From positions 64,013-128,012 of the forward strand of contig JAJCXN010000028.1 of NCBI GenBank assembly GCA_029263415.1: DNA of 64,000 bases, read 5' to 3'. The DNA is from Acidobacteriota bacterium (GTDB lineage Bacteria; Acidobacteriota; Thermoanaerobaculia; Multivoradales; Multivoraceae). The position numbers were made by a program, and so were the translations under genes. Below the pieces are notes generated by a model that made no database searches, was not told where the DNA came from, and saw nothing but the letters and a program-made list of their open reading frames with translations. Shown in pieces: positions 55,718 through 64,000 of this stretch. The first letter of the stretch is position 1. The number at the start of each line of letters is the position of its first letter.

Positions 55718-56881
55718 CTAGCTGCCGGATTCCCCGACCGTCACGGCCTCGATCTCGGCATCAAGTTCAATCCCAATACCCAGCGGCGAAGTTGAGACAC
55801 CTCCTAAACCCCCAGCTCCGGGCGAAAATCCGGTGGTGGTCCTGAAACCAGCCAGATCGCTCGACAGGTAGGTCTCGTAGTACGCACTCTCTTCGAGTTC
55901 TTTGAGGTACAGCTCGCGTTCGGTCTCTAGGCGACGGCGCCGTTCATCTTGCTCGACCTGATCGCGGATCTCTTCGAACGTCGGTACTCGCGAGGCCACG
56001 ATGGTGACGGTCTTGACGACGTGTAGGCCACCGCGTGCAACCACGGGCTCGCTCACTTGACCCTCAACCGTCCCGAACGCTGCTTCGCCGAGAGCCGGCG
56101 CGAGTTGGTCGCGTTCAACCGTTCCAAGATCGATGAACCTGACGGTGTCCCCCTCTCTTTCGGCAACCGCCTCTCCGTCTTCCCCTCTCGACCAGGCGGC
56201 GGCGACCCGCACGGCGATCTCATCCAGTTGACTTCCCGCGTCCGATTCAAGAACCACCAGCTCCTGCAAAGCGCGTGTTTCGGGCACCCGGTAGTCGTCC
56301 TGGCGATCGCGATAGACCCGCCGTAACTCATCTTCTTCGAGTTGGACGCGCGGGAACAATTCAGTACCGAACACACGCTGCTGGAGCATCTGAGACTCCA
56401 AGTTGCTGCGGTACTGCTCCAAAGACATGCCGTTCTGCGCGAGGGCAAGCTCGAGCTGCTCGCGGTCTTCCATCCCGAACTGCTTCATCTGGTCGAGCAT
56501 GGTCTCGTCGAGCTCGAACTCGCTGACCGACAAGCCCAACTGATCTGCTCGCGAAAGCACCAGCAAGTCATCCCACAGAGTGCGCAAGATCTGCTTGGGC
56601 AGTTCCTCTCGACGCTGGCGAAGATCGTCCGGCTCAAGATCGGCGGCGGTAAGCGCAGCCATTGCTCCAGCGACCTGCCGTTGGTACTGGTACTGAGTGA
56701 CGATGCGATCGTTCACCCTGACTAGGACACGATTGTCGACCAGCAAGGCCTGCGACCAAACCGCGCTTGCGCCCAGAGAGATCACGACGAGTGAAGTGAG
56801 CGCCGCGGTCAGACGCGGCAAAGGGGTGGAAGACAATCGCATAGTGGAACTCATCGCCTTAGGCGTTAGTAGCGGTTTCAT
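55718..56881 (-). CDS. SurA-like periplasmic chaperone with parvulin domain
   Basis: Signal peptide, ILVRVNDRIVT-like SurA N-domain (VLVRVNDRIVT), DLGTVERDQL..., QVSEPV...GLHVVK. Confidence 0.8.
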   Translation of the reverse strand: MKPLLTPKAMSSTMRLSSTPLPRLTAALTSLVVISLGASAVWSQALLVDNRVLVRVNDRIVTQYQYQRQVAGAMAALTAADLEPDDLRQRREELPKQILRTLWDDLLVLSRADQLGLSVSEFELDETMLDQMKQFGMEDREQLELALAQNGMSLEQYRSNLESQMLQQRVFGTELFPRVQLEEDELRRVYRDRQDDYRVPETRALQELVVLESDAGSQLDEIAVRVAAAWSRGEDGEAVAEREGDTVRFIDLGTVERDQLAPALGEAAFGTVEGQVSEPVVARGGLHVVKTVTIVASRVPTFEEIRDQVEQDERRRRLETERELYLKELEESAYYETYLSSDLAGFRTTTGFSPGAGGLGGVSTSPLGIGIELDAEIEAVTVGESGS

Positions 56882-56957
56882 AGCAAAGGGTTTTACCCGA
56901 GCGGAAGGAGCGCGGCGGAAGAAGAGTCGATTTCAAGTTCTCAACTTCTCAAGTTTC

Positions 56958-57818
56958 TCAAGAACCAGAACGCTCGAAGGGGAGATTTCGATCCGCAACC
57001 AGCACATTGTACCGTTCTTGAGCCTCCCTCAGTAGCTCCTCAAGCGCTCGGTCCGAACGCTCGGTCACAATTCGGCGGGCAATATCATCACGCACCTGCT
57101 CGAGCGGCACCACCCCTGCTGGGCTCCGTTCTTCGACTAGGAACAGGTGGTAGCCATACTCGGCCTTAAGCACTTGGGTGATCTCGCCCGCATCGAGCGC
57201 AAACACAGCATCAACAAAGGCGGTCGGCATCTCCGCTCTTGATAAAACTCCTTGGCTGCCGACCAAGGCGCCGTGCTCGCGTTCGAGCCGCCCGGCCACA
57301 TCGGGCCAAGGGACCCCTGATTCGAGTTGCGCTCGGGCTTGGTCCAGAAGCCCCTTCTCTTGCACCAAGATCTGTTGAATCCGAACTCGTTCGCCGAGCT
57401 CGAACTCTGCGCCATGCTCGCGGTAGTACGCCTCAATGTCCTGGCCACTCGCTTCGAGGCCGTCCATCGACGAGAGCAGCAGCGATCCAGCAATTGCTCG
57501 GTCAGCGCCTGGGGTCAAAAGATCGCGATCAAGCGCGGCGGCAAACAGCAGCTCCTCTTCTAAGAAGCTCTCGAATAGGGACGCGATCGCCACGCTCTGC
57601 AGGTCCATACTGTCTCCAGCGGTGTCTGCGAGAAAGTCCGCAAAGTCCGAGTAGGGGATATCCCGACCGTCGATGCGTGCTGCGATCCCTGGGCCAAGGT
57701 CGACCTCTCCGCTGCAAGCGATCAGCGTAATGAAAAACGCCACCGCACCCATCAACAACACCTTGCGCGCGTGAAGTCGAGAGCGCTGGGACCCACTGTG
57801 ATGCCACACCGAATGCAT
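56958..57818 (-). CDS. PpiC/parvulin-type PPIase or chaperone, probable lipoprotein
   Basis: Lipobox-like LIAC, AARIDG, RVRIQQILV, FVDAVFAL..GEIT.V...YGYHLF. Confidence 0.8.
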   Translation of the reverse strand: MHSVWHHSGSQRSRLHARKVLLMGAVAFFITLIACSGEVDLGPGIAARIDGRDIPYSDFADFLADTAGDSMDLQSVAIASLFESFLEEELLFAAALDRDLLTPGADRAIAGSLLLSSMDGLEASGQDIEAYYREHGAEFELGERVRIQQILVQEKGLLDQARAQLESGVPWPDVAGRLEREHGALVGSQGVLSRAEMPTAFVDAVFALDAGEITQVLKAEYGYHLFLVEERSPAGVVPLEQVRDDIARRIVTERSDRALEELLREAQERYNVLVADRNLPFERSGS

Positions 57819-60800
57819 CTAGTTCACCAATGGTGCCACCGGGCGCTGTTGGTCCGCAGGAGTGATCACGTCGAGAGTCTGAAAGGCCACGGACAACCAG
57901 TCTTCGGCTGCGACCTTGCCCAACTGGAGCACACCCGAGGGCGTGAACTTCGAGTCGCCACGCTCAGACACCAGCTGAATGAGCCGCTCGACGTCGACGC
58001 GCGCATCACGTCTCAAGCGGAAGGCTAGTACGTCACCTTGGGCACTGATCGACTGGATACGCAGCATCTCAGCACGCTGTTTGAGTCGGGCCGCATCAGC
58101 CAGTGTTTGCACGCTCTGTGGCACCGGACCGAAGCGGTCGTGCAGTTCTTCGAGTAGCGCTGTTCCAATCTCATCAGCAGAGGCTAGTCGGCTGTAGATC
58201 TCCATCCGAAGATTGTCGTCGCGCAGGTAGTCGGTCGGAATACTCATATCCAAGGGTAGGTCGATGGTGGCACTCGGGAGGTCCTCAACGCGTTCTCCGC
58301 GAAGCTCCTTCACCGTGTCTTCCAACATGCGCAAGTAGGTTTCTATGCCGACCTCGCTAATGTGACCACTCTGTTCTGCACCCAAAAGGTTGCCGGCTCC
58401 GCGGATCTCGAGATCACGTCCCGCAACTCGAAAGCCTGCGCCCAGCTCGGTGAACTCCTCGATCGTCTGCAAACGCTTGCGTGCGTCTTCCTTCAGGATT
58501 CGATCACCCGGAATCATCAAGTAGCAAAAGCCTAGCTGATCGCTCCGACCGACTCGACCGCGCAACTGATAGAGCTGGCCGAGGCCGAACCGATCCGCAC
58601 GATGCACCAACATCGTGTTGACGGTGGGAATGTCGATGCCATTCTCAATGATGGTAGTTGCCAGCAACAAATCGTACTCCCGCGCCTTGAACGCGCGCAT
58701 GCGCGCCGTCATCTCCTTCTCCTCCAGCTGGCCGTGCCCGACCGTCACCCGCAGCCCGGGCACAAGCTCTTTGAGATATGTCGAAACCGTCTCGATGTCT
58801 TCGACCTTGTTGTAGACATAGAAGATCTGACCCCCGCGCTCGAGTTCGAACTCGATCGCCTCCTTGATGAGATGTGCATCGAACGGCACCACCCGCGTCT
58901 CGACCGCCATCCGATCCTTGGGCGGCGTCTCGATCGTTGACAAATCGCGCACACCCGCCAGCGATAACTGCAACGTACGCGGTACTGGTGTTGCAGAGAG
59001 TGCAAGCACATGCATGTCCTTACGCAACTCTGTCAAACGCTCCTTTTGCCCGACCCCGAACCGTTGCTCTTCGTCAATAATCAGCAAGGCGAGCTTCGGA
59101 AGCTTGATGTCCTTACTGAGCAATCGATGGGTGCCAATCAGAATATCGATCTGTCCGGCAGCTAACCGCTCTCGCACTTCTTTGATCTCGGCAGATGTCT
59201 TCATCCGAGAGATCATCTCGATCTTGACCGGAAAATCGCCAAAGCGCTTGGTGAAGGTCTGCAGGTGCTGGTCAGCGAGGATGGTGGTGGGCGCCAACAC
59301 CGCCACTTGATGCCCGGCGTCAACGACCTTGAAGGCCGCTCGCATCGCGACCTCGGTCTTGCCAAACCCGACATCTCCAACCAGCAACCGGTCCATCGGG
59401 CGACTCCCTTCCAGGTCCTTGTGAATCGCCTCGATCGCATCGGCCTGGTCCGGGGTTTCCTCAAACTCGAAGGTCACCTCGAACTGGTGAACGAGGTCTG
59501 AGTCCTGGCCAATATCCGGTGCCTTCGCCACCGAGCGCTGGGCGTACAACTGCAATAGGTCGGTCGCAAGCTGCTTGAGTCCACTCTTGATCCGACTCTT
59601 CTTCTTGGTCCAAGACGAGCCACCTAGTTGGTCAAGGCGAGGCGCCAAGCCGTCGATGCCCGAGTAGCGTTGGATCTGATGGATGCGATGCAGCGGTAAG
59701 AGCAAGGTGCGGCCAGTGCGGTATTTGAGTTCCATGACCTCAAGACTGCTCTGCGCTCTGCCGTCGCCAGCCACTGAATCGGACGCCGGGCCCGCAGCAG
59801 GATCGACGACCGGACCTGAGTCGAGCGATCGCATCCCCAAGAACTGGCCGATGCCGTGATCCTCATGGACCACGTAGTCGCCAACCTTGAGATCGCGCAA
59901 GGTGGAGACAAACGCACCAATGTTGCTCTTGCGTTTGGTGCTCCGACGGGTCGCGATCAGCTGCCCTTCTGAGTACACCGAGAGGCCAAGGTCGGGCCAA
60001 TTGAAGCCGCGGATGAGTTCGCCCGGAGCTAGTTCAACCGAGCGCGTCGCGGAAATGCTGGTTGCACTTCCACCGGCGTAGAGTCCGCGATGCTCGAGCA
60101 TCTCGCGCAGCGCGTCATGGTGATCCAAACGACTGACCACCACGACTCGATCTTTGCGGGAATGGGCAGTTTCCACTTCTTTGGGAAACCGCGGAAGTTG
60201 ACCGACAAACGTGTCGCTCTCGCGCGCACCGACGGCTACCTCAGCATCAAACCCGCCAATGGAGTAGTCCGCATCTTCGACCGCGCCGATGATGTGTTGC
60301 TCACCCACAGTCAGCAACTCAGGCGGCACTGCGAGACGACCTTGCTCGAGCCGGGTGTGGTACTCCAACGTCAACAAGTCGTGATGACTGCGTAGTTCAC
60401 CCAGGAGCGTTTCCGGTTCGACTGCGAGCACGCACACGTTCTCTCCCATCAGGTCGATCAAACCAATGCGTCGTTCCATCAACATCGGCAAGTAGTTATC
60501 CCAACCTGGAAAGCCGTCGCCAGCCCGCAACTGATCCACCCGCTGCTTGGCTTCGGAGGTGGCCGTCGCGGGCAAGAACTCCTCAAGCACTTCGGCGAGC
60601 CGCATCGCGGTTTCAGGGTCGGCCGAGATCTGAGACATGGGCCTCAGGCGGACACTGGCGACTTGGCCTTCCGACCGCTGAGACACCACATCGAAAGCCC
60701 GCAGCTCTTCGACGGTGTCTCCAAAGAGGTCGAGTCTTACCGGCGCATCCTCGCCCGGCGGATACACATCCAGAATGCCACCACGCAACGCGAACGAACC

Positions 60801-61313
60801 GACATCGGCAACCATCTCTGAGCGTCGGTAGCCCAGGCCCACCAGCTCTTCTGCTAGCCGCGAGAGATCGAGCTCATCCCCCTGACGCACCTCCATGGCT
60901 TCTCCATGGCGGGCGGTCGCTGGTAGCGGATGCCACAACGCGCGCGGCGTGCACACCACCGTCGGCCGATCTACGTTGACCAGAGAGTCGAGTGCTACAG
61001 CTTCTTGAGCCCTAATCGAAAGCGAGGTCTGCGTCTCTTGATAGGGCGTTAGTGCGGGCGCCGGAAACCCGAACACCTCATCGCCGCGACCCGAGAACAA
61101 ACGAGCTGCCTCGATCCACTGCAGGGCCTGCGATTCGCGCGGGACCACCACCAGCAGCGGCCGATCGAGTTCGCGGCCAACCTCTTCAAACAGCCACGCG
61201 GCTGCCGCGTTGGCCATAGGCCGCAGAGCCAAAGGCCCCTCGAGCAGGCGAGTGAATACCTTCTGCTCACGGAGCAGCTCGGAGAAAACAGGCCATTGCC
61301 AGCGATCGTGCAT
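57819..61313 (-). CDS. mfd: Transcription-repair coupling factor
   Basis: UvrB-like module, GDYVVHEDHGIG, ETPDQ, MDRLLVGDVGFGKTEVA, DEEQRFG, LSATPVPRTL, QLYQLRGRVGRS, DLEIRGAGNLLG. Confidence 0.98.
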   Translation of the reverse strand: MHDRWQWPVFSELLREQKVFTRLLEGPLALRPMANAAAAWLFEEVGRELDRPLLVVVPRESQALQWIEAARLFSGRGDEVFGFPAPALTPYQETQTSLSIRAQEAVALDSLVNVDRPTVVCTPRALWHPLPATARHGEAMEVRQGDELDLSRLAEELVGLGYRRSEMVADVGSFALRGGILDVYPPGEDAPVRLDLFGDTVEELRAFDVVSQRSEGQVASVRLRPMSQISADPETAMRLAEVLEEFLPATATSEAKQRVDQLRAGDGFPGWDNYLPMLMERRIGLIDLMGENVCVLAVEPETLLGELRSHHDLLTLEYHTRLEQGRLAVPPELLTVGEQHIIGAVEDADYSIGGFDAEVAVGARESDTFVGQLPRFPKEVETAHSRKDRVVVVSRLDHHDALREMLEHRGLYAGGSATSISATRSVELAPGELIRGFNWPDLGLSVYSEGQLIATRRSTKRKSNIGAFVSTLRDLKVGDYVVHEDHGIGQFLGMRSLDSGPVVDPAAGPASDSVAGDGRAQSSLEVMELKYRTGRTLLLPLHRIHQIQRYSGIDGLAPRLDQLGGSSWTKKKSRIKSGLKQLATDLLQLYAQRSVAKAPDIGQDSDLVHQFEVTFEFEETPDQADAIEAIHKDLEGSRPMDRLLVGDVGFGKTEVAMRAAFKVVDAGHQVAVLAPTTILADQHLQTFTKRFGDFPVKIEMISRMKTSAEIKEVRERLAAGQIDILIGTHRLLSKDIKLPKLALLIIDEEQRFGVGQKERLTELRKDMHVLALSATPVPRTLQLSLAGVRDLSTIETPPKDRMAVETRVVPFDAHLIKEAIEFELERGGQIFYVYNKVEDIETVSTYLKELVPGLRVTVGHGQLEEKEMTARMRAFKAREYDLLLATTIIENGIDIPTVNTMLVHRADRFGLGQLYQLRGRVGRSDQLGFCYLMIPGDRILKEDARKRLQTIEEFTELGAGFRVAGRDLEIRGAGNLLGAEQSGHISEVGIETYLRMLEDTVKELRGERVEDLPSATIDLPLDMSIPTDYLRDDNLRMEIYSRLASADEIGTALLEELHDRFGPVPQSVQTLADAARLKQRAEMLRIQSISAQGDVLAFRLRRDARVDVERLIQLVSERGDSKFTPSGVLQLGKVAAEDWLSVAFQTLDVITPADQQRPVAPLVN

Positions 61314-61381
61314 CGCGGGAGGCTAGCAACTCTAGCCAGGGCTGAGTGCGTGGATCTGGACCTAGATCTTTGAAGCCAAAC

Positions 61382-61777
61382 CTAAGGCTCAGGCAGGATG
61401 ATGACAATCTCGTCAGGACGAACAACACCGAGTTCTTCTCGAGCAACCCGCTCTAGGAGCTCCGAGTTCGATTGCAGCAGGTGGATACGCTGCTGCAAGC
61501 GGCCCACAGATTGATCCACGCGGGCAAGTTCCTGGCCCAATCTATCTGCCGTAATCTGCGACATGCGCAGATCGGACCAACTCTTGACCCCAGCTACTGC
61601 GACCACCAAGACCACCACTCCGACAGCCACAGCCGCAGACCACAGCCAGCCTGAGTTCGCTGGGCCAGGCGAGAGGGAAGACGAGGCTGCGCACTCTTCG
61701 TCGTCTAGTTCGTGGGGGGATCGGGCCTGAGATTTGTCGTCGTTGGCTGCAAACCAAGATCCAATCAAAAGGGGCAT
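61382..61777 (-). CDS. ftsB: Septum formation initiator (FtsB/DivIC family)
   Basis: TM, coiled coil and LLERVAREELGVVRPDEIVI. Confidence 0.8.
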   Translation of the reverse strand: MPLLIGSWFAANDDKSQARSPHELDDEECAASSSLSPGPANSGWLWSAAVAVGVVVLVVAVAGVKSWSDLRMSQITADRLGQELARVDQSVGRLQQRIHLLQSNSELLERVAREELGVVRPDEIVIILPEP

Positions 61778-61864
61778 AACTCGCTGATTCTAGAGGGTTT
61801 GCGCCAACAACGAAAGGCCGCAGCGGACAAACACGGCGCGGCACAACCCCTCAGCAGTCAAGAA

Positions 61865-61882
61865 CTCTCTTGCCGAAGAGAG
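61865..61882 (-). terminator. Probable terminator downstream of tRNA-fMet
   Basis: Minus strand CTCTCTT-cggc-AAGAGAG followed by TTCTT. Confidence 0.55.
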
Positions 61883-61903
61883 CTATAGAGAAGACAAAAA
61901 CGA

Positions 61904-61980
<77 letters not shown>

Positions 61981-62117
61981 TCATCGTTCTATCTTCGGCC
62001 ATCTTGAAACTGCGACCCGCTACCGGTTGTGTCGGAGCACGCTTCTAGGCCTTAACGCACGGGCACCAATCGGCGCCCTCGCGAGTCGGAGATTATGTGT
62101 CAGTTGGACTTCCAATG

Positions 62118-63350
62118 TCAACGCTCGCGTTGTTCAAATTCAGCTGGCGTGACCTTTCCCCTCGCCGCTAGCACCGCTGCCCAAACTAGGACCAGCGCTC
62201 CGAACGCAAAGAAGGGTACCCGTGGTCCCAATTGAGCGAACGCCCAACCACCAGCCACCGGACCAATCACCCGGCTCACGCCTCCATAGGCCTGCTGGAC
62301 TCCCATCGCCTGGCCGAGTAGTCCTGCCCCTTCACTCTCTGTCACCTGCGACAGCCGCGAGGTCGTACACGGATAGAGCACCGACTGTCCAACGGCGAAC
62401 AGGGCGATCGGCGCCGCCAACCAGGCGCTAGTCGCCGGCAAAGCCATAGCTACGGTTGCAACGCCCAGAACAAGAGCGCCCACAATGATCAATCGCTCCT
62501 CCGAGTAGCGCCGCACGAGGGGACCGATGGCCCACACTCGGAGAACCAGCGAGGTGCCAGCAAGCAAAGAGAAGAACCACCAAACGGACTCTTCATCGAT
62601 TCCAAACCTAGTCGCCAGATAGAGCCCAATCACACCGAACGTCGCGCTGGTTGCGAGCATCCCCACCGCATAGGTCAGCACCAGCGATGGGCCAGCGGAC
62701 AGCGGCTGCGCCAGAACTTTCACCAGCGCTCGACTCAGCGAACGGTCGCGATCGCCGGGGCTCTTGGCCTGCGCCACAACCGGGCTTGACTTGCGCTCGG
62801 TGCCCGGCAGCAACCACAGCACGAGACCGATAGCCAACAGAGAAAGGCCAAAGCTCCAATAGCCAGGATAGGAGGGGTCAACTCGCGCCACGAGCGAACC
62901 CAGAGCTGGGCCGATCATTGCTGCGGCACTCGTGGCCGCCGTCACCCAGCCGATGCCTTCTGCCCGCCGATCGGCGGGCAGAATGTCGCCGAGGTATGCG
63001 AACACCACCGACACCGTGCCTGCTCCTAAGCCTTGCAGCACGCGGCTGACAAACAGTGCAGTCAAGCTGTCGGCACGAGCGAACATCCAGTACGCAAGCG
63101 CAGTCACCACCAGACCGATGACCAGAACCCGCTTACGCCCCACCCCATCTGAGAGCCGACCCCACACCGGCGCCGAAACCAGCTGAGCCAATGCGAATGC
63201 CCCGACCAACCAGCCGATGGTCGTTGCTGAAGCTCCAAACTCCAGCCCATAGAAGGGCAACAGCGCGAGCACTAGAAAGGAGCCCATCGACTCCACAAAC
63301 GCGGTAAACATCAGCGCCAAGAAGGCGGGCGCCAAACCTCGCGGCCTCAC
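62118..63350 (-). CDS. MFS transporter (DHA1/TetA-like)
   Basis: About 12 TMs; motif A GRLSDGVGRKRVL, SRVLQGLG, MIGPALG. Confidence 0.88.
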   Translation of the reverse strand: MRPRGLAPAFLALMFTAFVESMGSFLVLALLPFYGLEFGASATTIGWLVGAFALAQLVSAPVWGRLSDGVGRKRVLVIGLVVTALAYWMFARADSLTALFVSRVLQGLGAGTVSVVFAYLGDILPADRRAEGIGWVTAATSAAAMIGPALGSLVARVDPSYPGYWSFGLSLLAIGLVLWLLPGTERKSSPVVAQAKSPGDRDRSLSRALVKVLAQPLSAGPSLVLTYAVGMLATSATFGVIGLYLATRFGIDEESVWWFFSLLAGTSLVLRVWAIGPLVRRYSEERLIIVGALVLGVATVAMALPATSAWLAAPIALFAVGQSVLYPCTTSRLSQVTESEGAGLLGQAMGVQQAYGGVSRVIGPVAGGWAFAQLGPRVPFFAFGALVLVWAAVLAARGKVTPAEFEQRER

Positions 63351-63360
63351 CGGTTGTGCC

Positions 63361-64000
63361 TCATAGAGCGGTCCGGCGACCCCACAGCAAGAAGACCACC
63401 GACCCGAGCACCATCAGCAACACACCGTAAGCAGCCGCGATCCCAGTCTCTTGCAAGCGCAAACTCGAGAGAATCTCGACCGAGATAGGCCGCGTCTCGA
63501 ACGAGTAGAGCAAGATCGAGGTCACGAAGTCGCCGAGTGAGGTGACGAAGGCTAGTCCTGCTCCTGCCAGCAGCGACGGTCGCACCAACGGCAGCACCAC
63601 GGCGCGCAAGGTTCGCCACTTGCTTGCTCCGAGGGACGCCGCAGCTTCCTCTACCTTGGGGTCGATCTGCCGCAGGCCAGCCATCGCACTCCGTGAAGTC
63701 AGCGGCAAGCTACGCACGAGGTAGGCCACCGGAAGAATCCAGGCCGTGCCCACCCACAAGAACCGACCCGCCCACGGTCGATCGACGCTCATCATGGTGG
63801 CCAAAGCGACGGCAAAGACCGTGCCTGGGATCGCCCAAGGAAGCGCCAGAAGACCCTCGATGGCTTGCCCCAGCCGTCCGCGGATCAGGAGTGCAATTCG
63901 GCTACCGAACAGTCCCACTGCGATGGCCAGAGCGGTCGCGACGGCGGCCATCCATACCGAGTTGAACACCGGGCGAAGTCGCTCCGGTTGAGACACCAAC
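63361..64000 (-). CDS. ABC transporter permease (Fe3+/thiamine FbpB-like), C-terminal part; runs off window
   Basis: LPWAIPGTV, EAA motif VEEAAASLGAS.WRT.R.V.LPL, DFVTSILL. Confidence 0.85.
   Translation of the reverse strand, partial: LVSQPERLRPVFNSVWMAAVATALAIAVGLFGSRIALLIRGRLGQAIEGLLALPWAIPGTVFAVALATMMSVDRPWAGRFLWVGTAWILPVAYLVRSLPLTSRSAMAGLRQIDPKVEEAAASLGASKWRTLRAVVLPLVRPSLLAGAGLAFVTSLGDFVTSILLYSFETRPISVEILSSLRLQETGIAAAYGVLLMVLGSVVFLLWGRRTAL

Overview
A mostly housekeeping, GC-rich bacterial window. I infer an Acidobacteriota-like genome from the dcw gene order lacking murB/ddl, the N-terminally extended FtsZ and the fused E1 alpha/beta; this is not proven. About 50 CDS can be called: a partial alpha2-type GlyRS, two ECF sigma/anti-sigma pairs, a NifA-like sigma54 activator behind a type II glutamine synthetase with a clear -24/-12 promoter, and a nucleotide-sugar cluster containing a 1173-aa GlmS-like protein. 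Others are an aminotransferase/CN-hydrolase pair, an SLC13 transporter, udk, mutM, a long holA, a histone-tail/DksA fusion, rlmH, PMM/PGM, iscA, tdk, argS, a degenerate macrodomain, a fused 2-oxoacid dehydrogenase E1 and a Ser/Thr kinase. The rest is the dcw cluster from mraZ to ftsZ (with 10-bp-phased MraZ boxes), two parvulin/SurA proteins, mfd, ftsB, tRNA-fMet, an MFS and a partial ABC permease. I see no CRISPR array, integrase, transposase, phage or defence gene, and no clear-cut new system. The best leads are: (1) the roughly double-length GlmS with intact catalytic motifs and three large additions, inside a glutamine/amino-sugar neighbourhood; (2) the sigma54-glnII-GAF activator module with candidate operator palindromes; (3) DksA carrying ~240 aa of [KR]K[TA][TA]A repeats; (4) a ~140-nt rod-like candidate RNA upstream of mraZ; (5) a dispersed ~40-60 bp intergenic repeat family, once as a 225-bp inverted pair; (6) a macrodomain with remodelled ADP-ribose loops. 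All calls come from motif reading by eye; no database searches were run.
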